A stretch of 64,000 nucleotides of DNA from a virus, in the IMG/VR virus record IMGVR_UViG_3300027792_000010, one strand, 5' to 3'. This document shows, piece after piece, positions 38,013 to 47,728 of this stretch (positions are counted from its first letter, which is position 1; each line of letters starts with the position of its first letter). The position numbers and the translations under genes are program-made. The notes under the pieces were generated by a model. That model was not told the origin of the DNA. It worked only from the letters and a program-made list of their open reading frames with translations, and ran no database searches.

Positions 38013-39137
38013 ATGTCAGAGATGAAATCTTATGTCGCAGTTGTTGACTTCAACATGAGCCTTAACAATGGTAAAGAATCCATAAGGGTTACAAGAGGTC
38101 AGGTTCTATCATTCGATGGATTGTACGTTGATATGGGTGATGGAACAAGAGGCACAGCAAGGCCCCTTTCCAAGATGATTGGTGAGTGGGTAGTTCCTTA
38201 TCAGCAGCAGGTCCCCCAGGCTCCTCGTCCTCAGATAAGGACATCAGTAGCCGGAAGAGACAGTATAGAACAAAGTAATGAGTACCAGGATTTTCCTGTG
38301 ACTAATGCAGGTCGTGACCCCTCTCTTGAGAGAGATCTTCAGACCTACGAAGAGAAAACTTTTGGTAAGACTGGTAAATTGATTCAGGATGATTCGTCTG
38401 TAGTTTCACAAGTTAGACAAGCATCCAATAGTGGAGCCATAAAGAATACGTCAGGTGTTCAGATTGAAGAGCAGAATATGCAGGTAGGTACTGTAATCTC
38501 CCATGAGGAGAGAGTAGTCAAAGAGACCAGTTATAACGGGCCTCAAGTAACTTCTCAGCAGGAGCACCTAAGGGTTGTGAATGATGAGGTTATTGCAAAA
38601 CAGACGGTTTCCAACCCAACTGTAGAAGAACTTTTGAAGCAGATGGCAGCGCTACAGCAGCAGGTTCTTAAGTTAACGAGACAGCCTACTGTTTCACAGG
38701 AAGAGAGAGTTGTTAAAGAAACAGGTTCTATAGCGATTCCTCGTACAGATGTTGGTTCTTCTACTCAGGCCCAAGTAGCTCAGAGTAAGGTAGCAGCATC
38801 CCAGCAGAAAGTGATTATAAAGTCGCCTAATAAGAAAATTACAGAGGACAATGAGGGAGTGATAGTTAAGAAGGTAAAGAATACTAATGTAAAGGTAGAC
38901 GGTGGGAATAGCGGTATTTCTATAAAGACTGCAGTAGTACCTGAAGATACAAATATAGCAGATGCTAATGTTACTTTCGGAGGTAATGCTAAAGATATTT
39001 ACGAAAGTGACACTGAATTTAGCGGAACTGGGGCAGAAGTTGTTGATGTGTCAGTAGCAGGACCTAAACAAGGTGTGCATGTAGCAAGACAACTAGACTC
39101 TGGAATAGATGTGGATGAATTACTAGGAGCTGTATAA
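38013..39137 (+). CDS. hypothetical Gln/Val/Ser-rich protein
   Basis: AAGGAG RBS. Repeated SxEERVVKET motif. Confidence 0.75.
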   Translation: MSEMKSYVAVVDFNMSLNNGKESIRVTRGQVLSFDGLYVDMGDGTRGTARPLSKMIGEWVVPYQQQVPQAPRPQIRTSVAGRDSIEQSNEYQDFPVTNAGRDPSLERDLQTYEEKTFGKTGKLIQDDSSVVSQVRQASNSGAIKNTSGVQIEEQNMQVGTVISHEERVVKETSYNGPQVTSQQEHLRVVNDEVIAKQTVSNPTVEELLKQMAALQQQVLKLTRQPTVSQEERVVKETGSIAIPRTDVGSSTQAQVAQSKVAASQQKVIIKSPNKKITEDNEGVIVKKVKNTNVKVDGGNSGISIKTAVVPEDTNIADANVTFGGNAKDIYESDTEFSGTGAEVVDVSVAGPKQGVHVARQLDSGIDVDELLGAV

Positions 39138-39138
39138 G

Positions 39139-40875
39139 TTGGAAGCTAATGTTCATCATGTATTAGCAAAGTACCAAGAAGATCCGAATATTGAGGAAGC
39201 TAATCCTTTTTATGAAAACCCGGATTGGATGAGGTACATGAAGGAACATAACCAGGGGGGACCTATAAAAAAGGTTCCTCCTGCTGTTGGTGAACTTGTT
39301 AAAACTCTTACTAAGAATAAAAAAGTAGATGAAGGATTCAACATAAATAATCCTTGGGACTATAGTGACCCAAATACTAAACCTAAAGAACAAAAAGATT
39401 CTCCACCTACTGATAAAGAAATAGTAACACACCCAGAGATTGATAAACCAGATAAGTATAACGAACAGGGTGTATTAAAAGAGTGGTGGGAATCAAGAAG
39501 AGTAGACTATACTCAAGAACCTGAGGAACAAAATCCAGCAATAAGTATAGATAGAAAATATGCTTCATCAGAAGATGTCCTAGCTAACTATTACTTTGAG
39601 AATATCCCTATGATAGTAGATGCTGGAGATTTTGATGACTTCGGTGAGTATATAAAAGTAGCAGCTACTTTAAATGAGGTAATAAATAAAGATACCCACT
39701 ATAAGAATAATGAAAAAATGCAGAGGTCTAAAGGATGTACTGTATTTCTTAAGAATAGGACTAATAAGAGCGAAATACAAGGCGGTAAGTTCGTTTTTAA
39801 TGTCGCTAGCTATGCTGGTCACGTTCATACAGTTGTTTTTCAGTTTTATAGAGATGCAGGTAAAAGACCTCAGACTTACGCAGACTGTAAAGTTGAGATA
39901 GCTTGTAGTTGCCCATCATTTTTATTCTACGGCGCTCAATACTATGCTGTTCTTGGTAAGTATATGTACTCTCCTCGATTTAGAAGGTCCTTAGTACCGC
40001 CTACGCCTCAGGACCAGGTATCTTCGTATAGAGGTAATAGAGCCAATCCCGGAAGAGGTTTAAATTTTAGAGTGTGCAAGCATATTCTTGCAGCATACAA
40101 TACCATTAAAGGCTGGCCTATAGAGAAGCACTTCCAGAAGTATCCTCTTGAGGGACCTCCTTCTGCTATAATGAATGTGGACGAGTGGAAGAGGATAATG
40201 AAATTTGATTTTTCCGAAAAGAGTATAGTAGATAGTTTAGAGAAGAAACCTACTAAGATACCGTCAGTACTTAGAGCAAGATGGCTTAATAAGAAGCTTA
40301 CAAATTGGATAGAAAGTATATGGGTGCCTAGGTCAGATCAGCAAAAATTGGATATTTTGAAAACACTAGTAGAGCATCCTGAAGAAGTATATTTTTTAGC
40401 GCTTAAAGAAGCTGACCTAAAAGGCGGGGTTACCTCATTATTTGCAAAAAAAGTTTTTGAGTTATTAGACCTTACTGTAAAGTCTAAGGCCGAGGGTAAG
40501 CCTATTACTGAGACATCTCCAGAAGTTCCTGATGAGCAGGTAGAGACTGGGAAAGGCACGGGTGATGTCCTGGAGCAGATGGCGGGTGCTATAAAGGAAA
40601 AATCAGAGGATAAGATTGAAAAACAGGTTGAGAAGGAAGTCACAAAAGAGGTTAATAAAACTAAAACCCCAGTACCAGAAGAAACCTTACAGGGGATAAT
40701 AGGTGACGTAAAATTAGATATACAGGAAGAGATAACTAAGGGATTAGGAACAGATCCTGGATTAAAAAAGCCATCTCAAAAACTTATAGATAAATATTTA
40801 AACAAGATAACACCTACATTGGTAAGGAGAGTACTATGGAAGTACTTAGAGCAGAGTGGGAAGCTAAAGACATAA
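39139..40875 (+). CDS. SWIM zinc-finger protein with charged extensions
   Basis: EIACSCPSF...RVCKHILA (CxC..CxH). TTG start after GGAG. Confidence 0.7.
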   Translation: MEANVHHVLAKYQEDPNIEEANPFYENPDWMRYMKEHNQGGPIKKVPPAVGELVKTLTKNKKVDEGFNINNPWDYSDPNTKPKEQKDSPPTDKEIVTHPEIDKPDKYNEQGVLKEWWESRRVDYTQEPEEQNPAISIDRKYASSEDVLANYYFENIPMIVDAGDFDDFGEYIKVAATLNEVINKDTHYKNNEKMQRSKGCTVFLKNRTNKSEIQGGKFVFNVASYAGHVHTVVFQFYRDAGKRPQTYADCKVEIACSCPSFLFYGAQYYAVLGKYMYSPRFRRSLVPPTPQDQVSSYRGNRANPGRGLNFRVCKHILAAYNTIKGWPIEKHFQKYPLEGPPSAIMNVDEWKRIMKFDFSEKSIVDSLEKKPTKIPSVLRARWLNKKLTNWIESIWVPRSDQQKLDILKTLVEHPEEVYFLALKEADLKGGVTSLFAKKVFELLDLTVKSKAEGKPITETSPEVPDEQVETGKGTGDVLEQMAGAIKEKSEDKIEKQVEKEVTKEVNKTKTPVPEETLQGIIGDVKLDIQEEITKGLGTDPGLKKPSQKLIDKYLNKITPTLVRRVLWKYLEQSGKLKT

Positions 40876-41123
40876 GCGGGGCAGTTAAGTTAGGTTTTAG
40901 TTTCATGGAGATTAAAGATAAGATAGTCGGGTTTGTGTCTGCTCATCCAACTGTTATGAAAGCTCTTATTCTCGCAACACACAGTGATATCACCTTTGAT
41001 TACATACCTGAAGGATTAGGGTTTATTAGGACAGCCTATCTTATGTTTAAATTTGGACGTTCAAATGAGATAGTCTTTATTGATCAAGATAAAACAGAAA
41101 AATTGATTATTACTTTAAAGTAA
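40836..41123 (+). CDS. hypothetical protein
   Basis: 95-aa ORF with GGAG upstream. Confidence 0.6.
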   Translation: MEVLRAEWEAKDISGAVKLGFSFMEIKDKIVGFVSAHPTVMKALILATHSDITFDYIPEGLGFIRTAYLMFKFGRSNEIVFIDQDKTEKLIITLK

Positions 41124-41144
41124 GATACCCAAATAGTACATTAT
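41111..41144 (+). promoter_or_regulatory. class A bipartite promoter (TACTTTAAA-N16-GTACATTAT)
   Basis: Heads the FmdB-glycosyltransferase operon. Shares an 18-bp near-identity (caaatagtayattatttt) with the 34337 copy. Confidence 0.65.
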
Positions 41145-41168
41145 TTTATATAAAATAAGGAGGTAGCT

Positions 41169-41615
41169 ATGCCCCGGTACGATTATAGATGTAATGAGTG
41201 TGGGACCATCTTTGAGATTATCCACTCTATCAAAGAAACACCCATTCTTCAATGCCAAGAATGTGAATCTAAGGAATCTCTTGAGAGATTAATTTCTCAG
41301 AATTTTGGCGGCTTTATATTTAAGGGTCATAAGACTGAATCAATGAATTGGAAAGAAAAGAGAGTTCGTCATAAAAAGAACGCAGAATTAGAAGTGAAGC
41401 AGATAGAAAAGTGGAGCGGTACAAATGGTAAACTTGTACCTAATATAGGTGGGACTCCTTTTGATAACTGGAGAGATGCTGCAGTGGCGGCTAAAGAATC
41501 AAAGTTAGATCCGACAGGGTTCCAGAAGAAAGCAGAAGAATCTAAACACTTAAATGCTTTTGGGATAGATGATAGAAAGTGGAAAGAAGCTAAGAAGAAG
41601 AGAGATGAAGCTTAA
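41169..41615 (+). CDS. FmdB-family zinc-ribbon protein
   Basis: MPRYDYRCNECGTIFE...CQEC...LERLIS. Confidence 0.85.
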   Translation: MPRYDYRCNECGTIFEIIHSIKETPILQCQECESKESLERLISQNFGGFIFKGHKTESMNWKEKRVRHKKNAELEVKQIEKWSGTNGKLVPNIGGTPFDNWRDAAVAAKESKLDPTGFQKKAEESKHLNAFGIDDRKWKEAKKKRDEA

Positions 41616-41657
41616 TAAGCTCTCATAATAGATTAAAATTATATAGATGGAGATAAT

Positions 41658-43361
41658 ATGTCAAACCTGAAAAAAGGTCTTTCTTTATGTGTCATAGTGG
41701 GCCCTGGAGAAGCTAAAGATTTAGATAGGCTTCTAAGTTCGTGTACCCCAAAAGATAAGCCTCAATTTTTTGACGAAATTTGTATAACCCACGCTACTAA
41801 GGAAAATGATCAGGAAGTTATATCAGTTGCAAATAAATATACTAGTAACGTGTCTTTTTTCAAATGGCGAAACGATTTTAGCGCTGCCCGTAACTATAAC
41901 TTCGATAAAGCAACCTGTTCTCACATACTTTGGCTTGATGCAGATGACGTTATAAAACCTGATAATTATGATAAGCTATTAGCTATTAAAGATAGTATTT
42001 TCTCAAAAGACCTTATCCTTCTTACCTATGTATATCATCACGATGAAAATGATAATCCTGTAGTTGTTTTACCTAGGGAGAGGATAGTTAGGAACTGTGG
42101 GGAAATACGTTGGCATGATCCTATTCATGAATATCTTCCTATGTTCAATCATTTCAAGATGGAGCAGTATAGCGAGATAGCTATCGATCACTATCGCTCA
42201 AAGCCTTTTAACCCAGAGCGTAATCTTTCCATTCTTGCTGAGGAATATAAAAAGTCTAATTGTTCTGGTAGGACTAAATTCTACTATGGTAAAGAATTAT
42301 TCGATATACAGAGGTACATAGAAGCTCTTCCTGTTTTAGAAGATTACTTATCTAAGGATAATGACGATTTTGTAGATAATAAGTGTGTCGCCTGTATTAA
42401 ACTCTCTACTTATTACTATGTGCAGAAGAACATAGATGCTTGTAGAAACTACGCCATGAAGGGTATGCGTTTTAATCCTAATTATGCAGAAAACTATGTA
42501 ACTATGGGTGATACCTATTCTGATGATAATAAGATAGATACCGCAATTGAATATTACAAAGAAGCAAAAACAAAAAAATTAGTAGGGGGGATGTCTCAGC
42601 TTGTCGATTATTACGGATTCATTCCATCTTATAGATTAGCGGTTATGTTCGCAAAGAAAAAGGAGTTTAGAGAAGCTATTAGATACATGGAAGAGGCTAT
42701 GGCTTTAAAACCACAGCATGAACAGCTTATCAAACTTCATCGAGACCTAAAGAGTGAGTTTGATTCTACGAGTAAGGTAAAGTTACTAGATGAGTCCTCG
42801 TTGAAGAAGATTACAGATTTTCTTAAAGAAAATAATTTTATAATTAATGTAGAGGATAATAACTCAGACTTTGCACGATTAAAAATTACTAGGGTTAAGA
42901 ATATCAGTGTGGCTTGGATGATTCCTTACATTAATATAGATGATCCTGCCACACGCATAAGAAGGGTAAATATTCATGGACTTCTTGCAACAAAAAATAT
43001 CAAAACTCAAATTCTGGCTAACCTCATTACGAACTATAATACTAAAACTCCAATGGAGGTACGGAACTCTGTCGGAGATGCTAATATTGCTATTTTCTCT
43101 TCTTTTACTCCGACTGATGTGGAAATAATCAAGCACTTTAAGGGTGTCGGGATCAAAGTTATATTTGACCTTGCTGAGGCTATTTTTGATTTCCCTGGGG
43201 TATCTGAAATTCTTAAGATGGTTGATTTAGTGGTGTGCTGCTCCACAAAGCTTCAGGATATGTGCATAGAGCGAGGAATCACGAAGACGGCTATAATAAA
43301 GGACGCTGTAGAAGAAACTTCCTTTGATACTCCTCATCAGTATATACGTGATATGGAATAA
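41658..43361 (+). CDS. GT2 glycosyltransferase + TPR repeats + N-terminal half of a GT-B fold
   Basis: LSLCVIV, WRNDFSAARN, WLDADD (DxD), WHDPIHE, TPR helices. C-terminal ATRIRR...DLVVCCSTKL...IKDAVE. Confidence 0.85.
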   Translation: MSNLKKGLSLCVIVGPGEAKDLDRLLSSCTPKDKPQFFDEICITHATKENDQEVISVANKYTSNVSFFKWRNDFSAARNYNFDKATCSHILWLDADDVIKPDNYDKLLAIKDSIFSKDLILLTYVYHHDENDNPVVVLPRERIVRNCGEIRWHDPIHEYLPMFNHFKMEQYSEIAIDHYRSKPFNPERNLSILAEEYKKSNCSGRTKFYYGKELFDIQRYIEALPVLEDYLSKDNDDFVDNKCVACIKLSTYYYVQKNIDACRNYAMKGMRFNPNYAENYVTMGDTYSDDNKIDTAIEYYKEAKTKKLVGGMSQLVDYYGFIPSYRLAVMFAKKKEFREAIRYMEEAMALKPQHEQLIKLHRDLKSEFDSTSKVKLLDESSLKKITDFLKENNFIINVEDNNSDFARLKITRVKNISVAWMIPYINIDDPATRIRRVNIHGLLATKNIKTQILANLITNYNTKTPMEVRNSVGDANIAIFSSFTPTDVEIIKHFKGVGIKVIFDLAEAIFDFPGVSEILKMVDLVVCCSTKLQDMCIERGITKTAIIKDAVEETSFDTPHQYIRDME

Positions 43362-43429
43362 TTAATTGTATATTTCAATAGAGATGATTAGTTATATAAC
43401 ATATAGATAAAAAAGAGAGGCTATATAAT

Positions 43430-46400
43430 ATGAAAGAGTTAAAAGCAGGTTTTTTTGGATGCGGTGGAAATTCCTTTCTTGTGACCGACTATTTGAGAAA
43501 AACTATAGAAGATGCAGGATATAAATTAATTGTTTGTAGTGAGTGGGACAATGCGGATGTAAAGTGGGGGTTAAACACATGGAAAGCAGCGATGAATGAC
43601 TGTGATGTCGTATTATGCCCTCAGAGAGTTGAGGTACAAGCTGCCAAATCAAATGTGAAGGTTACAACGGCTATGGCCCTTGGTATGCCTGTTATTGCTA
43701 GTCGTATAAAGTCTTATGAAGAAGTTATAAGGCACGGAGAAAATGGGTACATCTGTGACAGTATGGATGATTGGTCTAAGGCACTTATAGAATTAAAGGA
43801 CCCTGAAAAAAGGAAACAGGTAGGAACTGCAGCAAAAAATTCTATAGGGCAGTACACTCAGGATTATATATCTACGCAGTGGATAACAACCTTTAATAAG
43901 ATTTTGTCTGAAGAGATAAAAGAAGTTAATTCTGAGCCTATGGTTTCTGAGCTGAAATCAAGAGACTTAATAGACATAATTATTCCTAACTATCAGAATC
44001 TTGATTATCTAAAAATGTGTCTTACTTCTATTAGGTTGAACACTACGCATCCTTATAACCTAATTATTTCTGATGCCGGAAGCGGCGAAGAGGTATGGGG
44101 CTATCTAAGAACATTACAGGGCATCACAGTTCTTGGAAGCCCTACCCAAAGAAAGACTTATTCTGAAGCTTGTAATTCAGGTATAGAGGCTTCTAATACT
44201 AAGTACCTTGTTATCCTTAACTCAGATGTTATAGTATCTTCAGGATGGCTTACAAACCTTGTGGATAAGATGGATAGCGTAGAGAGACTCGCTGCTTGTG
44301 GTGTTCTTTCGAACTGTGATCGTGGTTGGTTATTCAGAGCGCCTGAGGACACTGATCCGAGGTTGAGTCAGCTTCCTGTATACCCTATGACTCTTATGAA
44401 GTCTGGTGTAAATCTTCATCCGGGTATGAAGAAGGATGAGATAGAACCTCATATTGAGGAACTGTATAAATTTATGGAGGACTCAAATAAGGCTAACAAG
44501 GGTAAATTTGTTAGACAGTCTTGGGTAGCAGGTTATGCCACTATCTATGCTAGAACAGCTATCAATGAAGTAGGGTTATTTGACACTCAGTATAAGAACG
44601 GTTGTGAAGATTCAGATCTTTGTTTGAGACTTGCTAAGAGTTATTTCTCTATGGGTCAGGCTATTGATTCTTTTGTATTCCATTTTGGTGGTGTTACTAG
44701 AACTACCTATCAAGGTGAAAATAAAGAAGTATATGATAAAGAAGATATGGATAATCATATAAAGTACCGTACTAAGTGGGCTAAACAAAGAGTTTGGATA
44801 TACACAGGACCTGCTCACGAGCCTTGGGATAAAGCTAAGGTAGATGCAGGCATGGCAGGATCAGAAACTTGGGCAACATATTTGGGCGAGGCTTTTGCTC
44901 GTAAAGGGTATGACGTTAGAATCTACAACGATTTGAATATAGAAGATAAAGCACTGCCTAAGCTGGAGCCTGTATATGTAGATAACGAGTTAGTAGGGGC
45001 TGTAACGTACAGACACTATACAAATATGTATGAAGATTTGAAGTATGACCATATCGATTACTTTATTAGTTCGAGGACAGTACAGCCGTTTTTAAATAAT
45101 GTACATTCTTGTAAAAAATTTGTAATGGTGCATGATATTTGGTTATCTAATGATCCTAATTATGATTTGCAGGCATGGCAGGTATTCAAGTATGCTTATT
45201 TGAGTGAGTGGCATAAGAATTTTTTGATCCATCATCATAAAATGCCCTCTGAAAAAATGTTTTTGACTGGAAACGGTGTTGTGCAGGATCTCTATAAAGA
45301 TGTAGATTTATACACAAAGAAAAATAAGATTGTGTATAGCTCCAGTCCAGATAGAGGTTTATACCAGTTACTACAGATGTTCCCAGCAATTAAGAAAGAA
45401 GTCCCCGATTTGGAACTTGTGGTAGGGTATGGGTTTTTTAACTGGAAATCATTTGCGAGGCAGAGAGGTGATACTGCTTCTATTGCTTTGATGGAAAAGA
45501 TAGAAGGATTGATGAATCAACCAGGGGTAACTTATCTTGATAGGGTTGATAAGAAAACACTTGCTTACCATCAGATGGAAGCTAAAGTATGGGTAATGCC
45601 TACATGGTTTAGTGAAACTTTCTGCTGTCACCCTGATAATGAGATTGTGACTGATAAAGGTTTTAAACGAATAGTTGATCTAACTATGACTGATAAAGTT
45701 TTGACGCATAAAGGAAGATTTAGAAGAATTGAGAAAATTCTTTCACGTAAGGTAAATGAGGAGTTATTGGGTCTAATAATAAAAAACCATACAGCAGATA
45801 TTGGGTATTATACCCCAGAGCACCCAATACTTAGAATTACGTCAAAAGTTGCTAATAAAATTAAAAGAAATAAGGAGATGATAAAGGAACAGGGTATTAT
45901 ATCTGATTGGGTTTCAATCAAAGATATCCATGTTGGGGACTATGTTTGTTTACCTACTATTAAAGAAAGTACCCCAGTAAAATATTATGAACTTATATCT
46001 GATATGAAAGATATAAATAGAAACTACAGAGTATACGGTAATAATATCATGACTAGAAAAGATAGCAGGTATAAGACTATACCATCAAAAATATTAATGA
46101 ACGAAGAATTTGCTAGATTTTTGGGTCTATACTTCTCTGAGGGATCTTTTAGTGGTGGCTGTATAAAGTTTTCTTTTCATAAGAAAGAAGAAGCATATAT
46201 TTCTTTTGTGAGAGAGTACATTAAAAATACTTTTGGTTACGAAACTAAAGTATCAACTAAAAATAACTGTTCAATAGTTTCATGCTACTGTAATTCTTTG
46301 GGGGAGTGGCTAAAAAGAATATTTGGGAGAGAAGCCTCAAAGAAAGATGTACCTCATTTTGTGTTTATGCAAAGTTATGACTTCATCAAATCTTTTATTA

Positions 46401-47059
46401 AAGGGGTTTTTGAGGGCGATGGTAGTAAGAATGCTAATGAGTATAAAATAGATATGGCGACTAAGCGTGGTATAATGAGTTTAAAATTATTATGCTCTAA
46501 AATAGGATTACACCCTAGTTTTAGAAGAACTAAGCATGGGGATGATGGAAATCTTGATTATTACGCTCTTGGACTAAGTAGTAGTCTGTGGTCTAAAATT
46601 TTCGATGAAAAACAAAAAGATAAAACTTATGAAGTATTTTTAGAATATGACGGTCAGGTATATTATCGTATAAAAAATATTAATAGGAAACAATATGAAG
46701 GCTATGTGTATAATTTAGAGGTAGAGGAAGATAATTCATATGTATCCAATTTTGTAGCAGTACATAATTGCATCACAGCGGTCGAGAACGGATTAGCTAA
46801 GAACGCTCTATTAAGTACAGATTTTGCAGGATTGTCAACAACAGTAGGGGATTCAGGTATCCTATTACCCTATGATCCTCAGCTTACGAGGGATGAAGAT
46901 TACCCTAAGGATTACTCTGATAGATTTATATCTGAATCTATAAGACTATTTAAGGATGAAAGTTATAGAAAAGAATGGGCTAATAAAGCTTATAATAAGA
47001 TGAAAGAATATACCTGGGATAATATAGCTGAAGGTTGGATTAAGCAATTTAAAGCTTAA
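43430..47059 (+). CDS. multidomain glycosyltransferase (GT-B C-half + GT2 + GT4-like GT-B with intein)
   Basis: KSNVKVTTAMALGMPVIAS...GENGY; IDIIIPNY, LNSDV, GCEDSDL; YSSSPDRGL and, after splicing, ETFCITAVE (EX7E). Confidence 0.85.
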   Translation: MKELKAGFFGCGGNSFLVTDYLRKTIEDAGYKLIVCSEWDNADVKWGLNTWKAAMNDCDVVLCPQRVEVQAAKSNVKVTTAMALGMPVIASRIKSYEEVIRHGENGYICDSMDDWSKALIELKDPEKRKQVGTAAKNSIGQYTQDYISTQWITTFNKILSEEIKEVNSEPMVSELKSRDLIDIIIPNYQNLDYLKMCLTSIRLNTTHPYNLIISDAGSGEEVWGYLRTLQGITVLGSPTQRKTYSEACNSGIEASNTKYLVILNSDVIVSSGWLTNLVDKMDSVERLAACGVLSNCDRGWLFRAPEDTDPRLSQLPVYPMTLMKSGVNLHPGMKKDEIEPHIEELYKFMEDSNKANKGKFVRQSWVAGYATIYARTAINEVGLFDTQYKNGCEDSDLCLRLAKSYFSMGQAIDSFVFHFGGVTRTTYQGENKEVYDKEDMDNHIKYRTKWAKQRVWIYTGPAHEPWDKAKVDAGMAGSETWATYLGEAFARKGYDVRIYNDLNIEDKALPKLEPVYVDNELVGAVTYRHYTNMYEDLKYDHIDYFISSRTVQPFLNNVHSCKKFVMVHDIWLSNDPNYDLQAWQVFKYAYLSEWHKNFLIHHHKMPSEKMFLTGNGVVQDLYKDVDLYTKKNKIVYSSSPDRGLYQLLQMFPAIKKEVPDLELVVGYGFFNWKSFARQRGDTASIALMEKIEGLMNQPGVTYLDRVDKKTLAYHQMEAKVWVMPTWFSETFCCHPDNEIVTDKGFKRIVDLTMTDKVLTHKGRFRRIEKILSRKVNEELLGLIIKNHTADIGYYTPEHPILRITSKVANKIKRNKEMIKEQGIISDWVSIKDIHVGDYVCLPTIKESTPVKYYELISDMKDINRNYRVYGNNIMTRKDSRYKTIPSKILMNEEFARFLGLYFSEGSFSGGCIKFSFHKKEEAYISFVREYIKNTFGYETKVSTKNNCSIVSCYCNSLGEWLKRIFGREASKKDVPHFVFMQSYDFIKSFIKGVFEGDGSKNANEYKIDMATKRGIMSLKLLCSKIGLHPSFRRTKHGDDGNLDYYALGLSSSLWSKIFDEKQKDKTYEVFLEYDGQVYYRIKNINRKQYEGYVYNLEVEEDNSYVSNFVAVHNCITAVENGLAKNALLSTDFAGLSTTVGDSGILLPYDPQLTRDEDYPKDYSDRFISESIRLFKDESYRKEWANKAYNKMKEYTWDNIAEGWIKQFKA
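45623..46768 (+). mobile_element. intein with LAGLIDADG endonuclease (382 aa) in the glycosyltransferase EX7E motif
   Basis: Starts CCHPDNE, ends NFVAVHN, +1 residue Cys. Motifs FLGLYFSEG and IKGVFEGDG. Confidence 0.92.
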
Positions 47060-47085
47060 ATAGGTTATAGTATAAAAAACGGATG

Positions 47086-47120
47086 AAAGCCTCTTGGGTA
47101 ACCAAGGGGCTTTTTGTTTT
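47086..47120 (+). terminator. intrinsic terminator of the GT operon
   Basis: aaagcctcttgg-gtaa-ccaaggggcttt followed by ttgtttt. Confidence 0.85.
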
Positions 47121-47121
47121 G

Positions 47122-47135
47122 ATAATCTTTTAATA
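47122..47135 (+). promoter_or_regulatory. class B (probable late) promoter motif
   Basis: ataatcttttaata immediately after the terminator. Confidence 0.6.
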
Positions 47136-47176
47136 AAGGTACGGTAGGTAAATGAGTTTCTTTTTTGGAGGTATAT

Positions 47177-47626
47177 ATGAGTGCCCCTGCGATTCAAGTA
47201 GCTGTTAGTGATGAGTTAGTGAAAATATTTTGGGATATAGATACATCAAATACGTATAGAGGTTTTAATCTTTACTATTCTCTTACCGATGCTACTATGG
47301 CATCACCTACTGTGCAGGGGAAAGAGATACCTAATGTCCCGAGTACTACATATAGCAAGAGTCAGGTCATATACACGTTTAGGAGAAGTGATATAGGAGC
47401 AGGTATTAATCAGCCTTTTTATCTTAGATTAAGAGGTGTGAGTCAAGCCGGGGTAGAAGATACTGCAACACCGGGGCCTATAAAGTACCTTCCTAGTTAT
47501 TCTGAAAAAGCTCCTATGGTAAAACAGATGATGTATGCCTATGACCCTACAGATAATGTATACAGAAAAGTAAAAGTAGTGCAGGATACAGGTAATGAAT
47601 CCGGTAAACTTGATACTACAACTTAA
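47177..47626 (+). CDS. virion protein with FN3/Ig-like domain
   Basis: ATG 47177 after GGAGG. VKIFWD...YRGFNLYYS...FYLRLRGVSQAGVE pattern. Confidence 0.6.
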   Translation: MSAPAIQVAVSDELVKIFWDIDTSNTYRGFNLYYSLTDATMASPTVQGKEIPNVPSTTYSKSQVIYTFRRSDIGAGINQPFYLRLRGVSQAGVEDTATPGPIKYLPSYSEKAPMVKQMMYAYDPTDNVYRKVKVVQDTGNESGKLDTTT

Positions 47627-47635
47627 GAGATGGTA

Positions 47636-47651
47636 ATAATCTTTTAATATA
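47636..47651 (+). promoter_or_regulatory. class B (probable late) promoter motif
   Basis: ataatcttttaatata. Confidence 0.6.
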
Positions 47652-47728
47652 AGAGTATAAGTAATATGCTCTTATATAAGAGCTTGTAAATAGATTTAGC
47701 AAAGTTCACATTTTAAGGAGGAATTACA

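Noticed and set aside
43361-43430. Programmed frameshift or read-through joining the two glycosyltransferase ORFs
   Set aside because: There are stops in both frames within the gap (TAG in the upstream frame, TAA at 43397 in the downstream frame), no slippery site next to the stop, and the second ORF has its own GAGAGG RBS.
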